A stretch of DNA of 62,886 nucleotides, the filler included, from Asterionella formosa (taxonomy: Eukaryota), in the NCBI GenBank assembly GCA_002256025.1. It is 9 parts of 9 records of this genome, joined end to end, with 100 filler letters (N's around TTAATTAATTAA, not from the genome) between each part and the next. Parts side by side here need not be neighbours in the genome. Positions count along the whole stretch, not along the records: positions 29,023 to 54,591 come from NKIB01001936.1; 8 more parts are not named here. The stretch is one strand, 5' to 3'. Position numbers and translations under genes: made by a program. The notes beneath the pieces were generated by a model. It did no database searches. It worked only from the letters and a program-made list of their open reading frames with translations, and was not told the origin of the DNA. This document shows, piece by piece, positions 33,632 to 46,650 of this stretch. The stretch's first letter is position 1. Every line of letters starts with the position of its first letter.

Positions 33632-36290
33632 TTATGAGAACTTCATCGTTCCCCATTTCTTAATTAGGTTCGTCATCCTGTACGATTTAAGTCGCGCTGC
33701 TGAGTCTAAGCACTCGCCGAGTGAAGTCGGAAAGTGCTCAGTTGATTGCTTTTTTGTTATTCTACTAGCAGGGGATAAAGTATACAATGTCGCCGTCTTG
33801 ATTGGAGGAAATTCTACATCATCGCTTAGAGCTGTTTCTCCTTCATTCGAGTTTGACGAGGCGAGCTCCTCTTGGTCATAACGGCTTTCCAAGGAATAAT
33901 TTGTCATTAAGTCGTCGTATACTTGAATCATTGCCTTTGAAGTCCTCTTTGAAATCGCGGGCCTGACTTCTGCCTCAGGTTGAAAATCATCGAGTCCCCT
34001 GACTACAAGAAGTCCAGATGTGATGCGTGATGAAACCAATATTGCTGAAGGTTCTGGGGAAGCTGTAATCGGTTCATAGAAATCAGAATCAATCAAAATG
34101 GTTTCGTTTTCAATTTGGAAATCCTCGCCGTCGCTATCAAGCAACACATGTTGCTCCCTGTCAGAAGCTCCAAATATAGTGGATTGGGCTAGATATTGTG
34201 TGGGAGGCTGCGCGCTGACAGGTGTAAGCTCCCAAAAATCTTCTTCGCGTTCTGCGCATTCCTCCGCTTCGGGTAGAATTGGAGGTGGAAACGGAAGTGG
34301 AGAATTCATTTCTCCGTCGTCGAAGGATTTGCTTCTTGGCATAACAAGGGAAGGAAAAGAAATATCGCCGGTGTCAATAGACTTGGCGTCTTCAACATAT
34401 GAACATTCGTCGTCGCACCATTTTCTATCGATATGTAGTCTTGGAACATTATCGCCCGTGCCTGTTGTGGAATATTCGGAGCCTTCGTCATTATGATCTT
34501 CATGAACCATATCACGAAGTGAGCCATTGTTGAATCCCCTATATTCTTGCCATTCGTGCATGTACTTGGCGATGTAGTCCAAGTACTCTTCATGTTCGTT
34601 TACAATCATATTTTCTGCCACGTCGCTCTCATCATAGACCTTCTCTTCTTCCAGCTCATGATACCATGTTGAGCGAAACGAAATCATCATCATGGTCATA
34701 ATTGAAATGGTAAAGAAGACGAAGAATCCCCAGGCGGCACCATTTGCTGCCTCAGTACACATCTCGTCATGAATTGCTCGAACATACAATGGGTTCACAG
34801 CATCACATTGCAGGGAACCCACGGTGCTGTCAAGCGCTTTGCGAATAGCCGTAAGGCCCTTTGCAAGATTTCGGGCAACTTGAAGTTGACCTTCAAGGCT
34901 GTTACCGCAGGCAGATTCTAATTTGCTACGCCCAATTGAGTCGACGGTTGAGATGTGTCGCCAAATAGTGTCGATAGCTGTTTGAAGTTGTGTCTCAAGA
35001 TCTACAAGATATTGAATTGGATCGGGTCCTTTGCACCCGTTTGTGTAGGAAGACAAGAATTCGAATATCGTACCGTTCGAATTAACGTCATTTCGTTGCA
35101 TAATCATCTGAATGGTTTCATCGGGCGTAATTTGACCAATACACGCATCCCCAGATAACATGGTAGCAACAGCTGCGCAAATCGCTGTCGCCCAACATGT
35201 CAAACATGCTGCGACCAAGAGCGGAAGTACAACGTACGTCATTACTTTTTGGAAAGTTTTTCCGCTTCTCTTTTGCCAAGCCAGAAACACAGCCAGCATT
35301 GCGATTGTTGTCAGTATAGCTGTTCCTAAGAGTATGCAAGGGACAGCCCACAGAATTTTACTGGTTTTGTCAATGGCAAATTGGATATCTGCAAGTGCAA
35401 CCGCCGTGCTTAAAGCAAATTTTTGAATGGTAGAAACGCTTCCAGACATGATGCTCTCTGCTCCTTTGAACTCCGATTCAATCAAAGTTGACATGCCTAA
35501 AAGGTCAGCTCCCAAAACTAATCCAGAGTCAGCATCGGGACAAAACGTCGCGAAATCGAAGGATACCGAATAAAACCCCGACGAAGCATTTTGCGCTGCG
35601 GACTCAATTGCATGTGTTGCGGAGTGTACTTGACCAAGCAAGTCTTCAACGCTCAAGAAAGTATCGAGCAAATCTGAAGTAGCTAATATCAGGGGCGAGA
35701 AGCAAAAAACTAAAGCTAGAGAGGCGAAAGTGATGGTCGTAATCCAAGCAAGTAGAAAAGCCACACGAGTCCTTTTTTCTCTCTTCCGGTTTCTTTCGAT
35801 TGAATTCGATATCGTGCTTGCATCACTGATTGTATAAATCGACGAGGAGTCGTCAAAGTCTTCAGAACCCGTTGATTCGGTTCCCTTCGATTTTCCGGCT
35901 CCATCAATGTCGCTTTCCGTCTTTCTGAAAGTATGAAATGGACGCCCTGAAGCACATCCGACTTCCTCACCTTTGCACTTGATTATCAGCAAAATGGTAG
36001 TCCAAATGACAAAAACGACAACAATGATTGCAACAATGAAAATAATACCGTATTCATAGCTCTTTTGTTCGTTAAAATCTGGTGACATCATATCAACAAA
36101 ATTAGTTGAGTGATGGAAACGAAATGATACAAAGAATTTCTGCATGAATGAAGCCATAGCAGGCTTAAAGAGCATGAAACGAAAATTTTTACGGTTAGTT
36201 CTTATGCTTTGAAAGGATTTAATGATTTGGAGCCAGATCAGAACTCACCGGCGAGTACTCTGGTGAATGGTAGCTATTCGAAGTGTTCAT
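33632..36290 (-). CDS. Multi-pass membrane protein, tweety/prominin-like; exons 36290-36249 and 36163-33632
   Basis: Five hydrophobic segments, two long helical extracellular loops with Cys, and an acidic disordered tail. A short upstream exon MNTSNSYHSPEYSP followed by GTGAGT...TAAG splices in frame. Confidence 0.7.
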
Positions 36291-39200
36291 ATTGCCTTCG
36301 TAGATATATTTCCACGACGTCGAAAGGAAAAATCAGTGGCTATTTACAGAAGATTAATAACTTGATCTGCTTTCATTGAGCTGCCTTGTTCCTTTGATGT
36401 ATAAAAGAGGTTAAGACTCTTGATGTGATTTTAATGAAGGCAACAAGAAATAATCAAAAGAATGTTGACCGTCAAATCGCTGAAAAACGATTGTCGCCCG
36501 GCGTGCGTTTTCATGATATTTCGGTACTCCGGTACGGCATACGAGGGACGAGGTAAGAGAACCAGATACTTTATTCATATGTAAGTAGCTTTACGCACAC
36601 CTGATGGTATATAGCAGTAATTAGGCACCAGTCCCTGGTCCTACGTGGTTCTATCAACACTACGGTACCGGTACAAAAAAATATAGCGGCTGTTCCATTG
36701 GTACCTGGTACCGGGGGTCGCTACAATCGCGTTTCCTGTATGTAAGTGCACTGCTGGTACGCTCGCTCATTCCAATGAATACGGAAATATTAAGGACAAC
36801 TGGCATTTCCATAATAATCATTAGCTAATCTACTGGTATTTGTTTTATCGACCAGTCAAGGGGGAGGGTCATTTTAGGTTATTCTGCACCTAAAATTCAG
36901 GGAAGCAATGATAGAATGTTGAGTCAGTCATTGCATGTTGGTAAAACAGCCACCATTCTAACAGTTTGTTGCATGTGTGGCATGCCATAAATAATAGAAT
37001 TTTGAAGAATAGACATTTCAGCCTTATTCATGCTAGTTCGATTATGTAGTCTGAGAGATTCCTTTTACCATATACAAAAGTCTTTCTTCTTTGATTTTGT
37101 TGTCAATTCAAGTCCAACAAGAATGGATTGCCAGCAGCTTTTGTCAATTAAAAATCATGTTTTCATTGCTAGCACCTTCCCTTGTCTAATACTTATCGAT
37201 TTCAATGCTTTTAATTCTGGCACACTCTTGATTGTTGAACTGAAAAGTGCTTCATGGATTATCTATTGCTCGCCATGTCATTCATATTGTCACTGGGAGT
37301 CCACCATTTGTTTCAAGATGATAGAGCAGGGTTGTTGATTAGATTAACAGCAGCATGCATACAAAAACATTTGTTAAATTATTTAAGATATGATTGAACT
37401 CCATGAGCTTTTGACTGCTGTTATTATTGATTGACTCCTCAAAGGAGTGTTTCATGATGCAAGGAGTGTATATAGTAGCTAAACTCTCATCATGCAAGAT
37501 TATTCATACCAGCTATTAATATGGAAAAATCGACTAACGACGGCAATGTAAAAAAACGAAGGTCTGATTTTGAAATTTTGATTTGAATGAATTGCTAGTT
37601 ATTGAGATGATTGAGGGAATTTGGTTCAGGCACCAGCCACCTGAAGAATTCCATTCTTGAATGTTTTCGACGATTGTCGGTGTCTGACAGGCACGACTAG
37701 TTTTTACTGAGACTAGCAAGTACTACTAGCTACTAGCTACTGCATGGTATTCATGAATCATTTCATCCACATTTTATCATTTGGTAGAGGTCAAATTGAA
37801 CCAGTAGAGAATAGTAAATTGCAAATTGTTTGTTGTAACAAAAAGATATGATCAGTACTTTCTGTACTAGATATGGATGCTGAGTGCTGTGGTTTGCTCG
37901 AGGTAGAAATCGTTCTGATGTGCAAGTTCGCTCTGTGTGACGTACTGACCATTTTTAGGCGTCGGTTTGACATAACAAAATTCAGGGTGCGTGTGAAGAA
38001 GACGGTTGGGTAAACGATGGTTTGCACTTCAAGTATACGAGCTATGTATATCATAATTTGTGGACCTTTCAACTCTATGAACATACATGTAGACTAACAG
38101 GTAGACAACGGATAATCTACCGGTATCTGGTACAACAACTGAGAAAGAAGGTGAGGTAGTAGAAGACGATGAATAATATAGAGAAAAGACATTAAAATGT
38201 TAAAATTAATAGCCATGTTAACAAACACTGATGAATATTAATTCAAGCTTTGATAACAGTCCTCCTTTCAAAATGGAATGCAACGACTTCGACGGTCTTC
38301 TTGTTGGTACTATTCAAGCTTGCGAAATTCACAACGGGCTGAGGATATGGAAGTCAAGTGCAAGTTGGGGGCCTCATAATTTTTCCAGTAGCTCATAGTT
38401 TGGGGAAGGGCTTAATGGTTCTTCGCACACCTTCTGCGGTGGCGGGTTAGATTCCTGCATTCTACACCTGCCTGGCTAGTGTCTTTTTCATGTAGTCCCT
38501 TGGGTTCCGGGGGTTGCGGCTGACGAAACGACAAGTCCCGCCCGTTGTTCTGTACAGATGAATAAAACTGGTAATAATTATGTCTATATATTGGCCCAAG
38601 TGCAATTATTGCATAGCTTTAACATACTTCAAAATTTAATTGACTTTTTTCCAGTAGCTCTTAGTTATCAACACCAAGGTCACAGAGAAGCAGGAGTCCA
38701 GAAAACCATTTATTAGGGTAAGAATTCGCAGTGAGACAGGTACCTGGGGGTCAGCCATTTCTTGTTGGTTTTGTGGATGGAAAGTTCATACATCCAACTC
38801 GAAGTAATTGATTCCTATGATTTAAATTATTTTACAACAACAGTAACATATTTTGAAAGTTTTTAAACGGCCGAACAGCATAACATTTGAACATAGGAGT
38901 GGCATCATTCCAGTTCCTGCCTGATGCAAAGTTTCAGGCTGCAGGCTGTCATGACGCACAATCAAATAAAGTTTGGTCCACATGTTAGTACTATAGACAA
39001 AAATTATGATCTAATTTTATAGTTCTAGATTAATATGTAACTTAAGCTAAGTGATGGAGGAGGGAAGGTTCTTTCATCCAATGCAGCCTCAAGCCAAGGG
39101 TGCCAGCATCCTAAAACCTCCACAGGTACTAAAAGCCATCAAGCAACCTATCTTCTTCTGACATACATCATGTTGGGCTTAATTGATTACACATGTGGCC

Positions 39201-39479
39201 TGATAGCCCACATAATCCCTCTCATCTGTAACTACCAAATACAATTTGAATTAAGGGTATCTGCAGATCAGATGATGCTAATGTAGCTCTGCTCCATAGA
39301 AAAGGCGCAAGTGCACCTCAATATGCAACGAACAAATATATAATTTATAATTTTGGGGGAAATTTGCCCACATGTTCTAGTTATTGTCAGAAAATTCTCA
39401 ATGGAGAATGATTCTTATTTGTATTCCGAAGCAACAAGAATACAGCTTGCTGAACCAGCCAGTTGACCAGCCACCAGGC

Positions 39480-39680
39480 AGCAAATCCAAGTTCTTCTTG
39501 TGTTCAGAGTTTGATTCTGCAAATCGTCATTGGTCAATAAAAGTAACATTTTCCCAAATTACTTATGGGATATTATTTTCATAGAAAGCTGGCCTATCTT
39601 GTCTGGCAGTCATGGGACAAATCATTGGGAGTGAACTGTAACTGAAAAGGTTTGCATAAAACTTGCACTATTGGACCTTC
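39480..39680 (-). mobile_element. Terminus of GAAGGTCC (Harbinger-like) family
   Basis: ...GCACTATTGGACCTTC|CAG; homologous to 14089-14290 in inverted orientation. Confidence 0.7.
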
Positions 39681-40252
39681 CAGTAGAAGTAGCTACTGGT
39701 AGGTGAACATGATTTTGATGATCAGAACACTACTTTGATTTAACAAATGATAATTCAACATGATAGAAAGTTACATGAGAGAGTTTGGAATGGAAAGCCA
39801 GTCTATCTTGTTCAGAAGGGATGGGAAGAGTCATTGGGAGTGAGTCGAAAATGAATAAGCGCGCATAAAAAGTGCGCAACGTGGCCTTCCAGGGGAGGTA
39901 AATACCTGTAGTCTACGTACGTACCTTGTTTCTCCACAGAAGGGATGACGTCAACAAAAGAGAGTCGATGACGAAACTCGGAGGCAAGTTTTCCGTCGGC
40001 AAAAAACGTTTCTTTTTCTCTTTGTTTATGCATACCGGTACTTACGAACCAGGTTCTTTGGATTTTATCGTATGCCAAAAATGACGCGACGTGGCCTCGT
40101 CTGCTGAATGCAAACAAGCACTCCTACATACCAGGTAGTAAAGTACAATACGAACAACCGAGCAGGAAGGAGACATTGTATCCACAATTTTTTCAGCTTC
40201 GCATTCGAACCAATATCCGACTTCTCCATTCAAAGAAGGAGATCAATTCAAG

Positions 40253-41515
40253 ATGGGTAAGGGAGGACGCAGTGAAACATCGGCAGCAAAGTCAGTGCCT
40301 CAGGCATGGAAGTCTCCATACGACCCCTTGGCCAAGAACGCACCGAAGCTTCCGACCAAGGGCGAGATCAAGGCGTCGATTCCAGCTCATTGCTTCAAGC
40401 GCTCTGGACTCCGGTCCATGCTCTATGTCGTAAGGGATTTATCCATGGCTTCTGCGTTCGCATACGCCACTTCTCAAGTGCTGTCGACAGAAATGCCCAC
40501 AGAACCTCTCGCGATCCTCACTTGGGCATTCGGATGGGGCGTTTACGCCTTTTGGATGGGGACCATTTTGACCGGTCCTTGGGTCTTGGCTCACGAATGT
40601 GGACATGGGGCCTTTTCGGACTCTCAAGCCTTCAACGACCTTGTGGGATTCATTCTGCATCAAGCTCTGCTTGTCCCTTACTTCGCCTGGCAATACACTC
40701 ACGCGAAGCATCATCGACGAACCAACCACCTGACCGACGGCGAATCGCACGTTCCTTCCACGGGAGAAGAGAACGGATTGGGCCCGAACAAGGAGCGCCT
40801 CAGCTTCTATGCCGTTCTGCACGAAGCCATGGGCGACGGCGCATTCGCTGGGTTCCAAATTTGGACACACTTGTTCCTTGGTTGGCCACTCTATCTGTTG
40901 GGCTTGGCTTCCACTGGCAAGCTTGACAAGGACGGAAAACCTTTGGATGGACGCATTGCTGATCACTTCAGACCAGAATCGCCCATGTTCCCAACCAAGA
41001 TCAAGAGCAAAATTTTTCTCTCCACCATGACAACTCTTATATCACTTGGCTACTTGGCTTATCTTCAGTACGAAGTTGGCTTCCTTCCTGTTTTGCTATG
41101 GTACTGGGGCCCGTACAACTTTGTCAACGCTTGGTTGGTCTTGTACACATGGTTGCAGCACACGGATGCCTCCATCCCTCACTACGGCGTAGAGGAATGG
41201 ACATGGGTACGAGGGGCTCTGTCCACCATTGACCGTAATTACGGCATCTTTGACTTTTTCCACCACAGAATTGGATCTACTCACGTCGTCCATCACTTGT
41301 TTCACGAAATGCCGTGCTACAACGCCTGGGAGGCAACAATTGCTGTCAAAAAGTACTTGGAGCCTATGGGACTTTACAACTTTGACCCTACTCCCTGGTG
41401 GCTTGCAATGTGGAGAGTCGCCAAGACGTGCCATTTCGTGGACAGCACTGATGGCATTCAATATTTTAAATCCTTGGAAGGCGTTCCTCTATCAAAGGAT
41501 TTGAAAAAGGCGTAA
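40253..41515 (+). CDS. FAD2: Microsomal delta-12 (omega-6) fatty acid desaturase
   Basis: MGKGGR N-terminus, IPAHCF, His boxes HECGH, HAKHH and HVVHH, TWLQHTD, RGALSTIDR, C-terminal KKA. Delta-12 versus omega-3 activity cannot be proven from sequence. Confidence 0.9.
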   Translation: MGKGGRSETSAAKSVPQAWKSPYDPLAKNAPKLPTKGEIKASIPAHCFKRSGLRSMLYVVRDLSMASAFAYATSQVLSTEMPTEPLAILTWAFGWGVYAFWMGTILTGPWVLAHECGHGAFSDSQAFNDLVGFILHQALLVPYFAWQYTHAKHHRRTNHLTDGESHVPSTGEENGLGPNKERLSFYAVLHEAMGDGAFAGFQIWTHLFLGWPLYLLGLASTGKLDKDGKPLDGRIADHFRPESPMFPTKIKSKIFLSTMTTLISLGYLAYLQYEVGFLPVLLWYWGPYNFVNAWLVLYTWLQHTDASIPHYGVEEWTWVRGALSTIDRNYGIFDFFHHRIGSTHVVHHLFHEMPCYNAWEATIAVKKYLEPMGLYNFDPTPWWLAMWRVAKTCHFVDSTDGIQYFKSLEGVPLSKDLKKA

Positions 41516-42799
41516 ATTGCTAAGTGTCGGGTTCTGATGAAAGAAACTCTTGCGATTTGGCTTTTATTAACACCATGGAAGTTACTGCAAGATTCAGCAG
41601 GGCAACTCCCCTCACATATAGATCCTTAAAGTTAGACAGGTGAATGCATTTTTGAAAAATGAAATCGTCCGTGTTTTTGTTCCGTTGGAAGATTTGTTGT
41701 TCATTTTTTCAATGTCTTCCTGATTACGACGACGTTGAATTCAGTGCATTACATGATCTGCCTTCTTCGTCTTCATATTTAAGCTCCTGCTGTAGAATGT
41801 TTGCAATTAATTTTATACCACTGTGGTGGTGGCGAGCAAGCGTTTCAGGGGTTCAGCAGAAGAAATTGCTCGATTTTTTCTGTGCCTGTTCCAGCTGGCT
41901 TCATGAAGTTGGACAAGGATACTGCAAAGGTATCTGGGGGTGGCCATAAACTGTAGAGAGCGAAGAATTGCTATACCCCTGTAGCAGCAGTTTAATCTAC
42001 TAACCTGGGGTTGAAAAAACTTCGAGCACACTAGACAAAATATTTGCAAGTGATTCTACTGCTTTGACCGAGCTTCCTTTGTTGTGGCCCTGTAGCCATG
42101 AAAGAGCACTCGAAGGGAACTACATACTTGTTTTGTTCCATACTGGCAGTATTTGGCACATGTTGCTTGTTTCCATGAACCTCTTCGTGGTTTTTTGAAG
42201 ACATCGTACTACTAGCTAGATAAGTGTTGTTTTCAAAAGTTCGATGATCTTAAAATCAGGTGTTGTTACAATGAAATTAATCATGATCCACTACATATAT
42301 CATTTTATACTGTCTAGATACATATGATAAAATTCTTCTTATGAATGGTCATACCACCAAACATACGATCAAATGATCCTAAAAATATGATGTTATAAGA
42401 CCAACAATGCTGTTTACATTATCATCTACAAAATCAGACCGAGTTTGAGTAATAGTATATCTTGCTCTCAATTATACAATCAAATGATCCTAAAACGATG
42501 ATGATTTAGTGTCCCAGAGCAGTAACAACAGTCCTAAACATATGGTGTTATGTGGCTTGCTTACTACCAATATATCACTTCCTACCTGGTACTGGTACTC
42601 TGTTACATATGATAATGTTATTATCATATGATGTACCCAGCTTGTACACTGCTTCATCACTCCCGCCAATTAAGGGGCTTAAATAATTAGTTACCAAAAC
42701 CTTGCTTATAAGTATTTATACAAATGTGTCATGATTGCTGCCAATTGAAGGGCCTAAATAATTAGATACAACTGATGTATAAAATATTGTTGATACAAA

Positions 42800-45121
42800 C
42801 AAATTTCAGAGAAAGTACACGAAGTTGTGGAAAACAATGGATGTATCATGCATTGAATATTTTCGAATTATGTATATGCGAATTTGATCATGGGTAATAG
42901 AAGATGTGCCATATTGAGAGTACCTTTGAATTTTACAAATGTACAACACCTTATAGATTTATAAATTTACAAATTTTTATAACTAGCTATATTCATGCAA
43001 ATATATTTGAAATTGTTCTGACATGTTAACAATCCATGCCTGGTTCGTGAAAAGAAATATTGAAGTAGCATTTGACAAGGAAAAGTTTATGCATCAACAG
43101 AACGCATTGCGGCTTCGACACATTGCGCCTTCGAAGGATGGTGAATGTTTAAGCTAATGAATCTATCAATGTGATACATGGATGGCAATTGTTGGGACAA
43201 CAGCAACAAAAAGTAAACTAAATGATTCCTTTCTTCTCAGTTGATTCAATAACACATTTTGCTTGTTGGAGCACCAATGTACAACATAAGAAAATTGGTA
43301 AGTGCTCGTTGTTGGACATATGCAATACTGTTGGCAAATAACTGATGCACACGTTTTCGTTCTTTCATGGTCAAGCTATAGAAAACGAATCGGTAAGTTT
43401 TATTTGACAACATTGGATACCTGATATTTACTTATTCAAGAATTTACTGAGAATTTAATATTACAGACATAGTACTATGCATCAGTTGCTTTGATTTGTG
43501 GTACTAAGTGAAGCAAGAGGATACAATGGAATTGCATGGTGTTGTTTTAGCGTAACATGACTAGCTAAAACATTATTCCTTTGCATTGTTACTGTAACTG
43601 CATAGGAGGACAATATTACCAGTCAAACAACACAGAGTGACACTAACAGCAGGAAACGTGACGAGACATTAAGCACTGCTGCCTGACACATGATTCAGAA
43701 TAGAGTAAGGAAAGAGAGAGACAGAAATATACATTGAGACAAGTGGAGAGAGAAACATTCCTTGGGTAACTGTAGAAACAGAAATATAGTTGCTAAATTT
43801 GATAATTAAATTAAGATCCATTTCAATCTATTTTGAACAATGCTTGTGGTTAAAGTTAGTATGATCATATTTAACATTTATATACAATGAAACAATTCAC
43901 ATGACAGGATCTCTCTGACCGAATTTATTAATTCCTCCAAGGCAACAATCAACCATTTATTTGGCTGCCATGATAACTGCTCTGAGACATGATGGTGCCC
44001 TGTAAAAGCAGGAAAAATGGTTAGTAACTGAAAATATCATGACAAGGAAAAGGGAAAAAATTATACCAATGTTTAATGTTGCATGTTGCAACGAAAGTCG
44101 AAGGCAAATAACTGCTATCATTGCATTATTCCTTTGAAACACAGATTAATGAGGCAATGAACAATGCAGTGTTGCGAAGAAGATGTCCGAAAAACAAGGT
44201 GTTTGCAGGATCTGGAGGCCTTCAATACTATCGAGTGGCTTCGGTAGCTGGGCAACACACACACAAGGTGCAACACAATACACAAGGAATGCATATGAGC
44301 AATGTGGAATGCAGATCATTTCAGCACTGCAAGAATCCTTCTGGCGACAAAAGGCAAAGCGACAAAGTGACAATGGAGCCTGTAAAGCGCAATTCAAACG
44401 AAAGAGGAAACGAATCGAAAACATTTATGCAGCACAATTTGAAACAGTCAAACAAAAAAGGCAAGACAAAAAATCAGGTAAAGTCTTGCTTACCGTTCTG
44501 GTGTTGCGCTTAGAAGGGAACATCCCTCAGGAAACAAGAGGGAAAGGAACAAATGTCTGCAATCATTGTGGCCGCAATGACCATCAAAGGAAAAGCAGAG
44601 CATTCTGTCCATTCAATGTAGGCGAATTGCCTCATCATACTGGTATGTGTATGATCAATGATGATCAGCTACCTACTGTGGATATTGTACTGGCCAACAC
44701 CCAAGAAGATGTTACATGTGCATCCAGTGTGGCCAGCTCGGGTTTGCAAGACCACGCAAACCAGGCCAATCAATTGTTGGTAAGTAATTGAACTTGACCA
44801 ATCAAAATATTTATAGTGAAGCGTGAACTTACAATGGAATTTTTTGTACACGTTGCATGAAAACATTTTAACACCATGAAGCTCTTCGTTTTTGCCACTC
44901 TTGCTATCTCTGCCTCTGCCCTCTCTGTAAAGGAGGGTGTTAAGGTGTGTACCTGCCAGTAGTTGCGTCATTGCTTAGAATGAATATTTGAGAGAACTGC
45001 TTGCGAAAAGATTCTTTCACCAGCGAAGCATATCCTTGCTGTTGATTGGCTCGATGATTAATTTTGAATCGGTTTTTTGTATGTGCAAAAAGTTCTCCTA
45101 GACTTAGGCTACATAGGAACC
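42800..45121 (+). mobile_element. Decayed Kolobok/Mutator-like DDE transposon, right end ...GGAACC|TTAA
   Basis: ETQINEAMNNAVLRRRCPKNKVF...YRVASVAGQH (TQxNEAxN...PK catalytic-Glu motif) at about 44135-44260 and CNHCGRNDHQRKSRAFCPF knuckle. The end matches the 5103 terminus. Left boundary not found. Confidence 0.55.
44852..45067 (+). pseudogene. Duplicated 5' fragment of petJ (upstream bases, exon 1, most of intron 1)
   Basis: 215/216 identical to 46055-46270; lacks branch point, acceptor and exon 2. Confidence 0.93.
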
Positions 45122-46078
45122 TTAAGGTTGCGGCCCCGGCTTAACCCTAGTTTGGAGAATACATTGCTAGGGTTGTATTAACGGCATGGAACAGGGCGTT
45201 TCCTACTACATATGAATTCCCATGATTCGAGTGTCCATCTGAATATTTGAATTTAATAGGAATAGGCGGCAGATTGATAGAGTTCCATTTAAAAAAAATA
45301 AAAATGGTGATACTATTTAAACGTTTATGCTATATCTACGTTGCTCTGTGTAGACATTATATTGCTCAACGCCAAAACACATATATAAATCAGGAGTATG
45401 CCAACATGTATGCTCATGGTTCGTGTTGATACGTTTTATCGAATATGCCTTGCTATTGGTAGGTTTAATATTACTCCACGCACAATTGTTTATATGAACA
45501 TCAGTGCTGGAGTACCAGAGTACCAGGTACCAGTGTACCGGTAGTACCTGGTAACTGGTACATAATCTTGGTTCATGCATGATGATGAACAAAGCTGAGG
45601 CCAACCAGAAAAAAATATGTATCCTGATACCAGGGTACCAGGTACCCTGTACCAGGTACCGGTACTCGAGTACTCCGGCGTACCTGGTACCAGGTAACTA
45701 GTAGATTTTCTGTCATAATATACAAAGGTACCTTGTATGATATGTATGATGGGCAGCTCAATTCTTTGTTATCCCGAACCCAACATGTTGAAGGAAAGAT
45801 TTGACATACGCAGTGGGCGGAAGTCAAAACAGTTGTGAGGGAATTTAAATTAGCTCTCGACATATTGTTGATTTGGAAGGGTAGGGTTTCGTACTATCTT
45901 GGAGTAGCTTCTTTGCCCTCCCTGCCACCTCGTTTGGTTCTCAGATTCAGTGATTCCATCATAAAGAATACTGATATCTTTTCTGCATGTGTATACCACG
46001 TAAACAGAGATGCCGGATAAATCGTCAAGTGCGTTCCTCATGCTGACACATTTTGTTGCACGAAAACATTTTAACACC

Positions 46079-46650
46079 ATGAAGCTCTTCGTTTTTGCCA
46101 CTCTTGCTATCTCTGCCTCTGCCCTCTCTGTAAAGGAGGGTGTTAAGGTGTGTACCTGCCAGTAGTTGCGTCATTGCTTAGAATGAATATTTGAGAGAAC
46201 TGCTTGCGAAAAGATTCTTTCACCAGCGAAGCATATCCTTGCTGTTGATTGGCTCGATGATTAATTTTGATTTCAGCACGTCGGCTAACCTGACCTTTCA
46301 TCCTCGTCTTTGAGTAGGTTGCCAAGAACTTTGGTGTTGCCGGTGCTCTTGCCTTCGGTCTCGCTGCCCCAGCTGCTTTCGCTGCCAGTGTTGACGACGG
46401 AGAACAAGTCTTCAACGCCAACTGTGCCGCGTGTCACGCCGGAGGACAGAACGTCATCATGCCCGATAAGACACTGGAGAAGGCAGCTCTTGAGCAGTAC
46501 CTCGCCGGAGGACGCAGTGCTGGATCAGTTATTACGCAGGTCACTAACGGAAAGAATGCCATGCCTGCGTTCGGAGGACGTCTTTCCGAAGAGGATATCC
46601 AAAATGTTGCCGCCTACGTCATTGCATCCTCTGATGCAGGATGGGAATAA
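46079..46650 (+). CDS. petJ: Cytochrome c6, nuclear-encoded, thylakoid-lumen targeted; exons 46079-46147 and 46318-46650
   Basis: Signal peptide ending ASA-L, lumen signal ending AFA, VFNANCAACHAGGQNVIMPDKTL, GKNAMPAFGGRLS. GT...GCTAAC...TAG intron. Confidence 0.97.

Noticed and set aside
36700..39480. Short ORFs in an AT-rich block (likewise 46800-48900)
   Set aside because: No coherent frame or motif; probably old TE debris that I cannot classify.
14089..39680. One 25-kb composite transposon bounded by inverted GAAGGTCC ends
   Set aside because: The ends are on different contigs, have different flanks (CTG versus CAG) and are clearly diverged.
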